Assembly: GCA_038245785.1 (NCBI GenBank)
Contig: JBBRSB010000012.1
Span: 32,001-96,000 of the forward strand
Reading direction: 5' to 3'
Length of the DNA stretch: 64,000 nucleotides
Source of the DNA: Gloeobacterales cyanobacterium
GTDB lineage: Bacteria > Cyanobacteriota > Cyanobacteriia > Gloeobacterales > PMM-0068
In this document: positions 40,586 to 52,038 of the stretch, in pieces
Layout: the number at the start of each line of letters is the position of its first letter
How positions within the stretch are numbered: position 1 is the stretch's first letter
The notes under the pieces: generated by a model
Database searches by the model: none
Told to the model about the DNA's origin: nothing
The model's input: the letters and a program-made list of their open reading frames with translations, nothing else
Program-made: the position numbers and the translations under genes

Positions 40586-41206
40586 CTATTGCGCTGCAAC
40601 GATATCTACTTTCGGTGCTGGCTCTGGCACTTCCGATAAGTCCACCGTTCCGGCAAGCGCTTCTTTAAATCTGTAGTAAATCAAAGTCGTGGTTTCTGCA
40701 TCTTCTAGGGCGCGATGCTGTGTCGGTTGGGGAACGGATAAGCCTAAAGCTAAGTGGCTTAGACTTCTTCTGCGCCAGTGAGGAAGCACATAGGGCGCTA
40801 AGTCTACAGTGCAAACGGTGGGCAACTGCAGAAAAGTGGGCTGTTCCATCAGACAAATTTCGTAGGAATGGCGCACGATCGCTAAATCGTTACTCAAGCC
40901 ATGACCAACGAGGACTTTCGCCGATGCCGCAAAATGACTAAATCCTGTAAGCACGCCCCGCAGCTTAGGGGCATCAACCAAATCATCTTGCTTCAGCCCC
41001 GTTAGTTTAGTAACCATCGGGTTGAGCCTGCCGCGATAGCGGACTAAAGAGCTATAGCGGCCTAAAACTTCGCCATGAGCTACGAGTACAGCACCAATTT
41101 CAATCAAGGCATGGGGAGAGCCCCAACCACTTCCTTCCACATCCAAAACCAGCATGGGTTCTAGGGATAGAGCATGGTTCAGTTTGGGTGGGAGGGAGAG
41201 GTTCAT
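40586..41206 (-). CDS. DEDDh 3'-5' exonuclease (DnaQ-like)
   Basis: VLDVEG, LIEIGAV, LTGL, CTVDLA, HRALEDA. Confidence 0.88.
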   Translation of the reverse strand: MNLSLPPKLNHALSLEPMLVLDVEGSGWGSPHALIEIGAVLVAHGEVLGRYSSLVRYRGRLNPMVTKLTGLKQDDLVDAPKLRGVLTGFSHFAASAKVLVGHGLSNDLAIVRHSYEICLMEQPTFLQLPTVCTVDLAPYVLPHWRRRSLSHLALGLSVPQPTQHRALEDAETTTLIYYRFKEALAGTVDLSEVPEPAPKVDIVAAQ

Positions 41207-41220
41207 AGGTTATTCATAAG

Positions 41221-44200
41221 TTAGGCAATCATAGATTGATCGTTATCTAGCGATGCATTTTCTTCTCCCAACAGCTGGAATTTAGAAAAAATCTGCGCCC
41301 GCTCTTTTACAGAACGTTCAGCGATGAAGCGGAGATCGAGCATCGGAGGGAATATAAAATTAGCATCGGTTTCCTCTTCAAAATCATCTCCAAAACTAGC
41401 CTCCGTCACGTAGCTACCATCATTCACGTAGTTCGGCTGGAAGTTATAGAGCTTGTACATTACATTACGGCGTATTTGCTCTAACATCTCCAGAAACATC
41501 TGGTAGCCTTCATTTTTGTACTCGACTAAGGGGTCTTTCTGTCCATAACCTCTTAGACCAATTGCCTCACGGAGCGCCTCCATTTGCTGTAGATGTTCCC
41601 GCCACATTGAGTCCATTTCTTGAAGGATGAACTGTCGTTCGTAGTAGCGCATCAAGTCTGGCATATCCGGCTGGCTAGAGTTGATCAAAGCTTCTTTCGC
41701 TTCGTAGGCAATCAACGACTGGCGCTTAATTTCCTCCGTTAACTCCACCAAATTCAGGTCTTTCAACTGCTCCGGCTTAAGACCAGCTAGAAGAGGAATT
41801 ACCTTCTGGGCAGCTTCAAGCAAGGCTGCTAGGTTCCACTCTTCCGGTGGAATTTCTGGATTGATATAGGCATTGACGACTTCTTCCATCGTTTCTTCGA
41901 TGTAACCTATTACGACGGCACGGGTATCCCCGCCTTCTAGAGCATTGCGGCGCTGAGCATAAATCGCCTTGCGCTGGTTGTTCATAACCTCGTCGTATTC
42001 AAAGACCTGTTTGCGGGTGTCGTAGAAATACGTCTCTACTTTGCGCTGTGCATTCTCCAAGGTCTTGGTCAGCATCTTGGATTCGATGGGCATATCCTCT
42101 TCCACTCGGAAGGCATCCATCATCCCGGAAACACGGTCTCCTCCAAAAATGCGCAGCAGATTGTCTTGCAAAGAAAGATAAAAACGCGTAGAGCCGGGGT
42201 CGCCCTGACGACCGGCCCGTCCTCGCAATTGATTATCCACCCGACGAGACTCATGGCGCTCGGTTCCAACCACATGCAATCCGCCCAGTTCTACGACTTC
42301 GTCATGCTCCTGTTCGGTGTAGTTTTTGTACTCGGCATAGATCTTATTAAAGGCTTCGCGTAGCTTGGCAACAATCGGGTCTTGGGTGGGAGCTTTTTCA
42401 GAAGCAATGGAGATTAATTCTTCCACTTCCAAGAAAGACCGGGTGCGTGCGCCCAATTGCTCCGTGGCAAAATTCACGGATTCCTTGAGGAGCTGCTTAG
42501 CTTCCTGAGAAATTTCGCAGGGATAGAGGCTGATGGCTTGGGCAGTAGCGGCCCCGCCCGCAAATCCTTGGGCTGGATTTCTGCGGGTCAAAGGAGCTAA
42601 GGGGTCATTCTCTTCTTCTGGGTTACGCAAAGCAGGCATCAGGTCTTCGCGGACTTTCAGACGAGCCATATACTCAGGATTTCCGCCCAAAAGGATGTCC
42701 GTTCCTCTTCCGGCCATGTTGGTGGCAATAGTCACCGCACCCCGACGGCCCGCCTGGGCGACAATTTCTGATTCTCGCTCCACGTTTTCCGGTTTGGCAT
42801 TGAGCAGGTTATGACCGATGGCACGTTCCTTCAAAAGACCCGCCAGAACTTCTGATTTCTCAACGGAAGTGGTCCCGACCAGGATCGGCCGTCCTTGCTT
42901 ATGAATCTCTTCTACCTCATCGGCCACCGCTTGCCACTTGCCCAGTTCGGCTTTGTAGACGCGGTCCGATAAGTCCGTACGGATGACGGAACGATTGGTC
43001 GGGACAGGGGTAACTTCTAGGCTATAAATCTTGCCAAGTTCAGCTTCTTCAGTAAGAGCCGTTCCGGTCATCCCCGCCAATTTGGGATAGAGCAGGAAGA
43101 AGTTTTGGTAGGTAATCGAAGCTAGGGTCTGGGTTTCGTTTTGAATCGTCGTGTCTTCTTTGGCTTCAATCGCTTGATGGAGGCCATCAGACCAGCGACG
43201 TCCGGGCATAACCCGCCCGGTAAATTCATCAACGATCACAACTTCGTCATTGCGAACGATGTACTGCACATCGTTGATAAAAAGTTCTTTCGCCTTGATC
43301 GCGTTGAAGACATAGTGGGCCCAGGGATCTTTCGGGTCAAAGAGGTCCGTGACGTCCAAAAGCTGCTCGGCAGTTTCATACCCGTTATCGGTCAAGGTTG
43401 CGTTACGGGCTTTCTCATCTACTTCGTAGTGATCATTTTTCTTGAGCTGCTCGGCAATGGCTGCTGCTTTCTGGTATTTCTGCGCAGGCTTAGCCACTTG
43501 CCCAGAGATAATCAAGGGCGTCCGTGCTTCGTCAATCAAGATGGAATCGACTTCGTCAATAACGCAGTAGTTAAATAGGCGCTGGACTACTTCTTCCAAT
43601 GAAGTAGCCATATTGTCCCGAAGGTAGTCAAACCCCAGTTCTGAGTTGGTAGCGTAGGTGATGTCGCAGGCATAGTTGCGCTGGCGTTCCTGGGGACTCA
43701 TTTCGTTTTGAATAAGCCCAACTTTGAGCCCAAGGAAGCGGTGGACCTGTCCCATCCACTCGGAGTCCCGACGGGCCAGGTAGTCGTTCACTGTAACAAT
43801 GTGTACCCCTTGTCCTGTAAGGCCATTGAGATAGGCAGGCAGGGTGGAAACCAAGGTTTTCCCTTCACCCGTCTTCATCTCAGCGATTTGGCCCCGATGC
43901 AGGATGATCCCTCCCAGCATTTGCACATCGTAATGGCGCATACCTAGAACCCGCTGGGCTGCCTCACGCACCACAGCAAAAGCTTCTGGAAGAATAGGCT
44001 CTAGAGCTGCGTCTAGAAGCTTGCGACGGTCTTTGATCTCCATTGCCGCAAGATTCTGTCCGGCAATGGCTTGACTGACCTGTTCTTGGAACTGAGCTGT
44101 TTTGCCTCGGAGTTCTTCGTCACTTAGACGCTTGATTTCCCCTTCTAGACTGTTAATTCGGTCCAGAATGGGTTGGTACTGCTTTACCTTGCGCTTCTGG

Positions 44201-44235
44201 GGGTCTCCGAGAACTTTGCCTAGAAAATTCAACAT
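41221..44235 (-). CDS. secA: Preprotein translocase subunit SecA
   Basis: [48 protein letters not shown]. Confidence 0.98.
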   Translation of the reverse strand: MLNFLGKVLGDPQKRKVKQYQPILDRINSLEGEIKRLSDEELRGKTAQFQEQVSQAIAGQNLAAMEIKDRRKLLDAALEPILPEAFAVVREAAQRVLGMRHYDVQMLGGIILHRGQIAEMKTGEGKTLVSTLPAYLNGLTGQGVHIVTVNDYLARRDSEWMGQVHRFLGLKVGLIQNEMSPQERQRNYACDITYATNSELGFDYLRDNMATSLEEVVQRLFNYCVIDEVDSILIDEARTPLIISGQVAKPAQKYQKAAAIAEQLKKNDHYEVDEKARNATLTDNGYETAEQLLDVTDLFDPKDPWAHYVFNAIKAKELFINDVQYIVRNDEVVIVDEFTGRVMPGRRWSDGLHQAIEAKEDTTIQNETQTLASITYQNFFLLYPKLAGMTGTALTEEAELGKIYSLEVTPVPTNRSVIRTDLSDRVYKAELGKWQAVADEVEEIHKQGRPILVGTTSVEKSEVLAGLLKERAIGHNLLNAKPENVERESEIVAQAGRRGAVTIATNMAGRGTDILLGGNPEYMARLKVREDLMPALRNPEEENDPLAPLTRRNPAQGFAGGAATAQAISLYPCEISQEAKQLLKESVNFATEQLGARTRSFLEVEELISIASEKAPTQDPIVAKLREAFNKIYAEYKNYTEQEHDEVVELGGLHVVGTERHESRRVDNQLRGRAGRQGDPGSTRFYLSLQDNLLRIFGGDRVSGMMDAFRVEEDMPIESKMLTKTLENAQRKVETYFYDTRKQVFEYDEVMNNQRKAIYAQRRNALEGGDTRAVVIGYIEETMEEVVNAYINPEIPPEEWNLAALLEAAQKVIPLLAGLKPEQLKDLNLVELTEEIKRQSLIAYEAKEALINSSQPDMPDLMRYYERQFILQEMDSMWREHLQQMEALREAIGLRGYGQKDPLVEYKNEGYQMFLEMLEQIRRNVMYKLYNFQPNYVNDGSYVTEASFGDDFEEETDANFIFPPMLDLRFIAERSVKERAQIFSKFQLLGEENASLDNDQSMIA

Positions 44236-44689
44236 AAGGATAATGCACACACACTAAGGGGGTTTTCAAATTTTAACATCTGGGGGATGCCGAATACAGC
44301 AAGGGAAATCTTGAATAATGCGGCTAGCAGGCTCAGGAAAAGCATTCCAGCCTTGCTATACCCAGAGGCTATTTCCAGCACTCATCTGTCCGTAGGCTGC
44401 TGGTCGAAGGCTTGATTCAAGGCTGTCTAAATATAGAGTACCCAGCGACTGTCCCCAAGTGACACGTGGGAGACGGAAGATTTTATTCCGCATGCGTAAT
44501 TTAGGTGCCTGGGGAACCTACCTAAAAATCGTTCAATTGACATATGCGCAATCATCACTTAGGAAGACTGGGAAGTGTTACACAACACGGCAAAGCAAGC
44601 ATGAAGGCCTTTCGTCAGTGGGTAAGGGCACAGATTTAATGCCGCTCAGCCTTTAGCTTGATAAGCTAGACAGGCGCATTGGAAAGGCT

Positions 44690-45775
44690 ATGGGTAGTAT
44701 TTTTGGACATCTATTTCGGGTTTCTACTTTTGGAGAGTCTCACGGTGGCGAGGTGGGGGCGATTGTCGAGGGCTGTCCACCCCGCCTGGAAATATCAGAA
44801 GCCGATATTCAGGTGGAGCTAGATCGGCGCAAACCCGGTCAGAGCCGGATTACAACCCCACGTAAAGAAGCTGATGAAGTGCGGATTACTTCTGGGGTCT
44901 TTGAAGGGAAAACCTTGGGTACGCCACTTCATCTGGTCGTTACCAACAAAGATGCTCGCGGCCAAGACTACCGGGAGATGGAAACTACCTACCGCCCTTC
45001 CCACGCTGACTATACCTATCAGGCGAAGTATGGCATTCGCAACTGGCAGGGCGGGGGACGTGCTTCTGCCCGCGAGACGATCGGTCGGGTAGCGGCGGGA
45101 GCGATTGCCAAAAAGTACCTCAGACAGTTTTATGGCGTAGAAATTCTCGCCTATGTCCGTCAGGTCTGGCACTTGGAGGCTGAGATTGACCCCAATCGAG
45201 TGACTCTAGAAGCGATTGAAAGTAATATCGTCCGTTGCCCAGACCCTCAAAAGGCTGAGGAGATGATTGCTCTAGTAGAAAAAATGCGCGATGAAGGCGA
45301 CTCTCTCGGGGGGGTAGTGGAATGTGTCTGCCGCAATGTGCCCATCGGTTTAGGCGATCCGGTATTTGACAAACTGGAAGCTGATTTAGCGAAAGGGATG
45401 ATGAGTTTGCCTGCCAGTAAAGGTTTTGAGATAGGTTCTGGATTTGGCGGTGTCTTATTGACGGGTTCTGAGCATAATGACCCCTATACGTTTGATGAAC
45501 AGGGCCGTGTGCATACGGAAAGTAACCGCTCAGGGGGCATTCAGGGCGGTATTTCCAACGGAGAACCAATTCTGTTTCGGGTAGCCTTTAAACCGACGGC
45601 GACGATTCGTAAAGAGCAGAAGACGGTGACGGTAGATGGTCAGGAAGCGCTGTTAGCGGCGAAGGGCCGTCATGACCCCTGCGTGCTGCCCCGAGCCGTG
45701 CCGATGATAGAAGCGATGGCGGCTATCATTCTTATGGACCATGCCCTTCGTCAGCAAGCCCTTTCTCCTCGATAG
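44690..45775 (+). CDS. aroC: Chorismate synthase
   Basis: [34 protein letters not shown]. Confidence 0.98.
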   Translation: MGSIFGHLFRVSTFGESHGGEVGAIVEGCPPRLEISEADIQVELDRRKPGQSRITTPRKEADEVRITSGVFEGKTLGTPLHLVVTNKDARGQDYREMETTYRPSHADYTYQAKYGIRNWQGGGRASARETIGRVAAGAIAKKYLRQFYGVEILAYVRQVWHLEAEIDPNRVTLEAIESNIVRCPDPQKAEEMIALVEKMRDEGDSLGGVVECVCRNVPIGLGDPVFDKLEADLAKGMMSLPASKGFEIGSGFGGVLLTGSEHNDPYTFDEQGRVHTESNRSGGIQGGISNGEPILFRVAFKPTATIRKEQKTVTVDGQEALLAAKGRHDPCVLPRAVPMIEAMAAIILMDHALRQQALSPR

Positions 45776-45779
45776 CTCT

Positions 45780-46469
45780 ATGCAAAAACGATTGATTCGG
45801 CCAGTGAATGCTTTGACGAACGCAACCTATAAGCCTCGGATCAAAATTTGTGGACTGACCCAACCTGATCAAGCCTCAGCTATCGCCCAGATGGGCGTTC
45901 ATGCCCTAGGGTTTATTGGGGTTCCTCAGTCTCCTAGATTTGTTACGCCTAGTCAGCTGGCAGCGATTGTCAAAGATCTACCTCCTTTCACAGAGCGGAT
46001 TGTTGTCCTAGCAGACCCTACCGATGAAGAGATTGAGCAATACGCTCTACTCGCCCGAGTCAGTATGATCCAGCTGCACGGGACTGAGTCTCCTGAACGA
46101 TGTGCACAGATCCAGATACGTTTTCCCTGGCTCCGGCTGATTAAGGCTTTTCGAATTCGCAGTACAGACGATCTAGCTCAAACAGAAGCTTACTCTGCGG
46201 TCGTTGACAGCTATCTCTTAGATGCCTATCATCCTGAGCAATTAGGCGGGACTGGACAAACCCTTGACTGGGAAGAGCTTGTGGCGTATGGGCCAAGCAG
46301 GCCATGGATTTTAGCAGGAGGGCTGACCTCGGATAATATTCATCTTGCCTTGAGCCGCCTGAGTCCCCACGCCATTGATCTGTCCAGCGGAGTAGAAGAT
46401 AGCCCTGGTCAAAAAAATCTAGAGAGCGTACGCCATTTAATACGATCGATAGAGCCAATATTCGACTAA
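45780..46469 (+). CDS. trpF: Phosphoribosylanthranilate isomerase
   Basis: IKICGLT, QLHGTE, GGTG, LAGGL, DLSSGVE; start approximate. Confidence 0.95.
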   Translation: MQKRLIRPVNALTNATYKPRIKICGLTQPDQASAIAQMGVHALGFIGVPQSPRFVTPSQLAAIVKDLPPFTERIVVLADPTDEEIEQYALLARVSMIQLHGTESPERCAQIQIRFPWLRLIKAFRIRSTDDLAQTEAYSAVVDSYLLDAYHPEQLGGTGQTLDWEELVAYGPSRPWILAGGLTSDNIHLALSRLSPHAIDLSSGVEDSPGQKNLESVRHLIRSIEPIFD

Positions 46470-46530
46470 GTCGGTTACGAAGCTTAGAAATCCGACGAAT
46501 ATATAGAGGCAGTTAAGGAGCCGCTCAGCG

Positions 46531-48111
46531 ATGGTTAATATCATCCGGCAGCCGTGCGATGAGGGTGTCATCCGCGCTGCACCGCTTCACATTCCTTGTA
46601 CCAGAGACCTGAGGCCATGGGTGCTCGCCGCGACAATTCTCGGCTCCAGTATGGCGATGATTGACGGTAGCGCAGTGAACGTTGCACTTCCTATGATGCA
46701 AGCGCAACTGAAGGCAACGGCAACTCAAGTGCAATGGGTGGTGGAATCCTACGCGTTATTTCTGGCTGCTTTAATCCTCACAGGGGGAGCACTGGGTGAT
46801 AGCTTTGGACGGCGGCGTATCTTTGCCGCAGGGGTGGCACTCTTTTCCCTGGCATCCTTAGGGTGTGGGCTGGCCCAAGACATTAATCAACTGATTCTGG
46901 CACGAGCTATCCAAGGGATAGGAGGAGCATTTTTAGTCCCAGGAAGTCTAGCCCTGATCAGTGCCTCGTTTGACAAGGAACAGCGGGGACAGGCGATTGG
47001 CACATGGTCAGGCTTTACCGCCATCACCTCAGCGCTTGGTCCCGTCCTAGGTGGCTGGTTAGTAGAGCAAGCATCCTGGCGTTGGATCTTTTTTCTGAAT
47101 CTGCCTTTAGCTCTAGTGGTCTTAGGAATTGCATTCTGGCGCGTCCCGGAAAGCCGTGGGGAAGCAGGGGAGGATGGACTGGATTGGCAGGGGGCGCTCC
47201 TAGCCACAATCGGGTTAGGCAGTCTGGTCTATGGATTACTCGAAGCCTCCCGCTTAAGCTTGACCCATCCATTCGTTCTTACCGCCTTAGGTGTAGGTGT
47301 CCTGGCACTGATTACATTTCTGCGAGTGGAAGCACGTCAGCGCGCTCCGATGATGCCCCTAGATTTGTTTCATTCAAAAACGTTCAGTGGTGCAAATTTA
47401 CTCACCCTGTTTTTGTACGCTGCCTTGGGCGGGGTGTTATTCTTTTTTCCGTTTAACCTGATTCAGGTTCAAGGTTACTCAAGCACCGCCGCAGGTGCTG
47501 CTCTTCTGCCCCTCATTCTGTTGATGTTTCTGCTCTCTCGCTGGTCCGGTGGATTGGTCAAACGTTATGGTGCAAAACGCCCTTTGATTGTGGGTTCTAG
47601 CATCGCTGCTATAGGATTTGCTCTGTTTGCAGTACCGAGTATTGGCGGTAGCTACTGGACCACCTTCTTTCCAGCAGTCAGCGTGTTAGGACTTGGTATG
47701 GCCATTAGCGTTGCCCCTCTGACCACAACGGTGATGGGAGCAGTAAAGGTACAGCAGGCGGGTATTGCTTCTGGCATCAATAATGCGGTGGCACGAACGG
47801 CGGGACTGTTGGCGATCGCTGTCTTTGGCCTTATTGTTTTTTATTCTTTTAATGCTGGGCTTGATACTCGTCTCATACAGCTACAAATTCCAGCTAAAGT
47901 TCAACAACTGTTACTTCCCCAACGAATCAAACTGGCTGGAGCAGAAATCCCAGCTGGACTTAGTGAACCGATTCGGATGGCGCTCAAGCAGGCAATTGCA
48001 GAATCCTTCGTAAGCAGTTTCCGCTTGATTATGCTGATTGCCTCTGCACTGGCCATTGCTAGTGCATTTGTCGCTGCTCTAATGATTGAGCCACAGAACA
48101 GCGACGCCTAA
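46531..48111 (+). CDS. MFS drug/H+ antiporter (DHA2, EmrB/QacA-like)
   Basis: 14-TM pattern; DGSAVNVALP, GGALGDSFGRRR, WRWIFFLNLP. Confidence 0.92.
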   Translation: MVNIIRQPCDEGVIRAAPLHIPCTRDLRPWVLAATILGSSMAMIDGSAVNVALPMMQAQLKATATQVQWVVESYALFLAALILTGGALGDSFGRRRIFAAGVALFSLASLGCGLAQDINQLILARAIQGIGGAFLVPGSLALISASFDKEQRGQAIGTWSGFTAITSALGPVLGGWLVEQASWRWIFFLNLPLALVVLGIAFWRVPESRGEAGEDGLDWQGALLATIGLGSLVYGLLEASRLSLTHPFVLTALGVGVLALITFLRVEARQRAPMMPLDLFHSKTFSGANLLTLFLYAALGGVLFFFPFNLIQVQGYSSTAAGAALLPLILLMFLLSRWSGGLVKRYGAKRPLIVGSSIAAIGFALFAVPSIGGSYWTTFFPAVSVLGLGMAISVAPLTTTVMGAVKVQQAGIASGINNAVARTAGLLAIAVFGLIVFYSFNAGLDTRLIQLQIPAKVQQLLLPQRIKLAGAEIPAGLSEPIRMALKQAIAESFVSSFRLIMLIASALAIASAFVAALMIEPQNSDA

Positions 48112-48158
48112 GATGTCAGTTCAGGGCGGCCCTGAGCTGGAGGGAACAACAAAATCTT

Positions 48159-48232
48159 TGGAGCGAGCAGCGGGAATCGAACCCGCATCTTTAGCTTGGA
48201 AGGCTAAGGTTTTACCACTAAACCATGCTCGC
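48159..48232 (-). tRNA. trnG: tRNA-Gly (anticodon TCC) with encoded CCA
   Basis: GCGAGCA TGGTTTAGTGGTAAAA CCTTAGCC TTCCAA GCTAAAGAT GCGGGTTCGATTCCCGC TGCTCGC TCCA folds into a cloverleaf. Confidence 0.96.
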
Positions 48233-48780
48233 TTGGCCAGATTTCCAATTTACCATGCTCGTGCAGCTCCTGGAACCCCAAGGAAAGAAGGAAAACTTCT
48301 ACGTACCAGGTCACGTAGCAATACAGGACTCTTAATTTAACTCAAGGCGAGTAAGCAAATACTGAATAAATCTTAGGTGATCAACTTCATCAAATCTACA
48401 TAATATAATTCGAGAAGTATGAATCAGGAGGAGTACGAAATGTAGTCTTGATAACTAATTGATATAGACAAAGGGAGTCGGTGAAAATGAGGACTTGTAA
48501 TCGGGAGCAACATAAAGGAAAAGCGTAAAACTACGGATTTGAAAGAGTCAGGACGAACCTAAGGTCACTTATGTCTAAGATAAATCGCTAAATAGTTGCT
48601 TTTAGCTTTATAGCCTGATTATTAAAAATCTAGGTTTACTATCTTTCGAATACCGTAAAGCTAGTATAAACTTTCAATAGGGGGAAATTTGTGAGGTTAT
48701 GCCACACTCAATTTCTTTCATCAATCTACGTTCTTATTTATGGCAGGTTCAATTCTCTTATGGCAGGTTCGCGTTCTTCT

Positions 48781-49005
48781 ATGGCAGGAATTACGTCTGA
48801 TCAGTTGGACCGCATCAGTACCTTTACCCATAAGGACCGCTTGCGGGCACTTGTGATCATCAACCAATTCTTCTGGGAAAATTTGACACGGACGTACCGC
48901 AACAGCGCGGATCTGATAACTCTGAATGGGGAACAGGCTCAGTTGCTGATCAAGAACCTTGAAGCGCAGTGGAACAACGAAGAGTTTGCCAGTCGCCAGC
49001 TCTAA
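48781..49005 (+). CDS. Small hypothetical protein (start uncertain: 48691, 48760 or 48781)
   Basis: Open frame with helical, protein-like composition upstream of a co-oriented gene pair. Confidence 0.55.
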   Translation: MAGITSDQLDRISTFTHKDRLRALVIINQFFWENLTRTYRNSADLITLNGEQAQLLIKNLEAQWNNEEFASRQL

Positions 49006-49089
49006 GTAACCACTGAATAAGATGTTCTCTAGGCTCTTAGGGTACCTTGGCATGTCAAGATAAACATGATTGCTCTTTAGATTAAACCC

Positions 49090-49359
49090 ATGTACATCAT
49101 CGAAATTACCCTCAGGGGCAACCCCTTGAGCCTCTCTGTCCAGCGTAAAGAAAAAGCAGGGGCTCATGAGCTGTATCAAATGGTCTCAACGGCTATGAAG
49201 ACGGGGCTTCCTCAGCTTCTAGAACTCACCTGCGAACGTTCAGTGGAGAAGAAAATGGCGGTCTTGAGCAGTGAAGTTTCTGCGGTCCAAGTATCTGAAA
49301 AATCTGCTTCTGGAGTAGATGGAACAGCGCGACCTGGATTCTTTGCTACGAATGACTAA
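49090..49359 (+). CDS. Conserved cyanobacterial hypothetical protein
   Basis: LSVQRK...ELTCE...KK.AV...EVSAVQ...PGFF pattern. Confidence 0.75.
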   Translation: MYIIEITLRGNPLSLSVQRKEKAGAHELYQMVSTAMKTGLPQLLELTCERSVEKKMAVLSSEVSAVQVSEKSASGVDGTARPGFFATND

Positions 49360-49363
49360 TTAG

Positions 49364-50050
49364 GTGGAAAACGCCCCATCAGCCCTAGTCATACAAGACC
49401 TATATTTCCAATGGCCCCAAGCCTCAGTCTCACTCTTCCAAGAGTTCTCTCTGACTGTTCCTCGGGGCCAGTTTTGGATGTTTTTGGGTAATAACGGCTC
49501 GGGTAAATCCACGCTTTTCCGACTGATTGCCGGCCTATTGAAGCCTTTGGCAGGGACTATTCACTATCATCCTCCCTTAGGATATGTTTTCCAAAATCCA
49601 GACCATCAACTGGTTATGCCTTCGGTAGAGATGGATGTCGCTTTCGGTTTAGCGGATGAGGGATTAACGACCAAGCAAATCCAAGAACGGGTGGCAGAAG
49701 CTTTAGATTCTGTAGGGCTTCTAGATTTGAGCCGCAGACCAATCTACGCTCTTTCCGGTGGACAGAAGCAGCGCGTAGCGATTGCCGGAGCTTTGGCACG
49801 TCACAGTGAGCTATTACTTCTGGACGAACCCACCGCCCTCTTGGACCCAGAGAACCAACAGGAATTAGTACAGCAGGTACGACGCCTGGTAAAAGAAAAA
49901 GGAATCACCGCCCTCTGGATTACCCATCGATTGGAAGAGTTGGCCTCATCCGACTATGGCATCGTCTTAGAAGAAGGAAAGCTTGTGGAGCAGGGCATGG
50001 GTGATTCTCTTCTCCAACGTTACAGCCTAAGCACCTTAGAATCCCTATAG
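49364..50050 (+). CDS. ECF/CbiO-type ABC ATP-binding protein
   Basis: GNNGSGKS, VFQNPDHQL, LSGGQKQR, LLDEPTALLD. Confidence 0.9.
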   Translation: MENAPSALVIQDLYFQWPQASVSLFQEFSLTVPRGQFWMFLGNNGSGKSTLFRLIAGLLKPLAGTIHYHPPLGYVFQNPDHQLVMPSVEMDVAFGLADEGLTTKQIQERVAEALDSVGLLDLSRRPIYALSGGQKQRVAIAGALARHSELLLLDEPTALLDPENQQELVQQVRRLVKEKGITALWITHRLEELASSDYGIVLEEGKLVEQGMGDSLLQRYSLSTLESL

Positions 50051-50082
50051 ACCTACGGCCACGATGACTGATTAGGGTCCGC

Positions 50083-51300
50083 TCAATTTTTCATCAGTGC
50101 CCATGCCAAAAACCGCTCCGTATAGTAGAGCGCAACCTGATTGCTCACTCCTGCAAACACTTCATCAAAGGCATGGTCAGCCCAAGGAATTTCAATAAAG
50201 GCGGCTTGATTTCCTTTTGCTCTTAGGAGATTACCAAGCCCCTGCCCAAATTTTGCCTGCACGATATGGTCGTGTCCCCCATAAATCAAAAGCGTCGGGG
50301 GCAGCGATCTCGTGACATATTCGGCAGGAGAAGCTTGACGGTAAAGCGCACCGAGTTCCTTTGGAGTGCCACCGAGAAAAGCTTTGAGTACTGCCCGAGA
50401 ATCTATCGGATCTGGTTGAGGCAGGTCATAGTAGCCTGCGGTCAAATCAACCGGACCATAATAGTCAACAACGGCCCGAAACGGTCTTGCTTTCGACCTA
50501 TTAGGCTCATAGGCAGCCAGTAGCGCCAGATGGGCTCCAGCAGACCGTCCCATTATGGCTAGCCGATGGCGGTCTGTTTCATACTCGTCTGCGTGCTTCT
50601 GGATAAACTGTAAGGCTGAACGCACATCCTGGATCTGAGCTGGAAATTTATACTGAGGTGCATGACGATAGTCGATGGCCCAAACAACGTAGCCCCGTGC
50701 TGCCAAATAGCGATTAAATTCGGCATTCTGCGATGGCGCACCACGCTGCCACGCTCCCCCATAAATCACCACTACGCCGGGATAAACTCCAGGTTCGGGT
50801 GGTTGATAAAGATCGATGGTCAAGGGCACGCTATCCGGCTTTGCAAAGGGAATGCCAGCGGTGTAGCGCACAGGCTGCCCAGGAACTCCACGAAACAGAT
50901 CGGCCAAAGAAAAGGGCTGGGAGCGCATCTGAGCGCGCACAGGGGCGGGAACCCGATCGAGATAATTAGCACCTAGAGCCTGAGATAAAGCAGTTTCTGC
51001 CTGTTGAGTCACCGCTAGGAGCTGACTCAGGGGCCATGCGCTCATCACTAAACTAATGACACTCAAAATCAAAGCTGTTCGACCCGGCCCATTGGGACGA
51101 TACCCCACAGCAGCAATGAATAGGATGATGAAATTACCAACAATCAGCCACGGACTAATTTCGGGTGCACCCACACTCAGAGGTAATAGAGAAAAGATGG
51201 GTGCTGGAATGAAAATCCAAGCGCTAAAAAATATTCCCACAGTGCCTAAAAGCAACGATACAAGCCGATAGAGCCAAAACCAATGGAGTCTCATCAACAA
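50083..51300 (-). CDS. Membrane-anchored alpha/beta hydrolase (HSL-like esterase)
   Basis: YGGAW, DYRHAP, GRSAG nucleophile, D..V, HAFD; N-terminal TM helices. Confidence 0.88.
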   Translation of the reverse strand: MLMRLHWFWLYRLVSLLLGTVGIFFSAWIFIPAPIFSLLPLSVGAPEISPWLIVGNFIILFIAAVGYRPNGPGRTALILSVISLVMSAWPLSQLLAVTQQAETALSQALGANYLDRVPAPVRAQMRSQPFSLADLFRGVPGQPVRYTAGIPFAKPDSVPLTIDLYQPPEPGVYPGVVVIYGGAWQRGAPSQNAEFNRYLAARGYVVWAIDYRHAPQYKFPAQIQDVRSALQFIQKHADEYETDRHRLAIMGRSAGAHLALLAAYEPNRSKARPFRAVVDYYGPVDLTAGYYDLPQPDPIDSRAVLKAFLGGTPKELGALYRQASPAEYVTRSLPPTLLIYGGHDHIVQAKFGQGLGNLLRAKGNQAAFIEIPWADHAFDEVFAGVSNQVALYYTERFLAWALMKN

Positions 51301-51447
51301 ATCTTTTTCTCACTCGGAGTTCTTTGAGAGGCAAGTTATACGGTTTTATCACAAACAGGCTTGGAGGGCAGGAAAGATAGACCTTGAGTAAAATGTAGTT
51401 ACAATAGCCATTAAATAAAACCACATTTAAGAACTTTGAAATCTCAC

Positions 51448-51729
51448 ATGTCAGCCACCCCTGCCACAAGGGTCGGTGTGCGCGATCTCAAAGCGCAATT
51501 ATCGCACTACCTCAAACGCGCCGCCAATGGTGAGCGCTTCCTGGTCACATCGCATCAGAAAGTGGTGGCAGAGCTTAATCCTGCGTCTTCCACCGAAGCT
51601 GCTGACGGTATCCCTGATTTGCCGTGGCTCACTAAGCCTACCAAACCGCTGAAGTTGCCGCGCTTAGAAGACTTGATGCCGCTCTAAGGTGAAGGCCCAA
51701 CCTTAAGCGAGATGTTCAAGAGCTACTGA
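51448..51729 (+). pseudogene. Phd/YefM-family antitoxin, apparently truncated by TAA at 51685 and without a cognate toxin
   Basis: VGVRDLKAQLSHYL.RA..GE.F.VT; in-frame GEGPTLSEM continues after the stop. Confidence 0.65.
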
Positions 51730-51753
51730 ACTTAAACATAATGAGATCTTGTT

Positions 51754-52035
51754 ATGCAACATGTGCTGATTATTCATGAAGTGGAGGATTATGAAGCCTG
51801 GAAAAAGATATTCGATGCTGCTGCTGATATAAGAAAAGAAGCTGGGGAGCGCTCCTATCAGATTTTAAAGTATGAGCATGAACCCAACAAAATTGTTCAT
51901 TTCTCAGCATGGACCTATATAGGGAATGCAAGAGCATTTTTTGAGTCGCCAGAACTGGTTAAAATTAGAGAAAAAGCAGGAGTTAAGGCTCCTGAATTTA
52001 TATATCTAGACCTATTAGAGTCAGGAATATTATAA
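51754..52035 (+). CDS. ABM-like dimeric alpha-beta barrel small protein
   Basis: HEVEDYEAWKKIFD...ARAFFES.EL...AGV. Confidence 0.75.
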   Translation: MQHVLIIHEVEDYEAWKKIFDAAADIRKEAGERSYQILKYEHEPNKIVHFSAWTYIGNARAFFESPELVKIREKAGVKAPEFIYLDLLESGIL

Positions 52036-52038
52036 AAC

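Noticed and set aside
46531..48232. Possible genomic island at the tRNA-Gly 3' end
   Set aside because: No integrase and no duplicated tRNA 3' fragment seen in the window.
48086..48340. 84-aa ORF in the track
   Set aside because: It is the antisense reading of tRNA-Gly (ERAAGIEPASLAWKA is a typical tRNA artefact).
48721..49179. 152-aa minus-strand ORF
   Set aside because: Antisense to two plus-strand genes and has no motif support.
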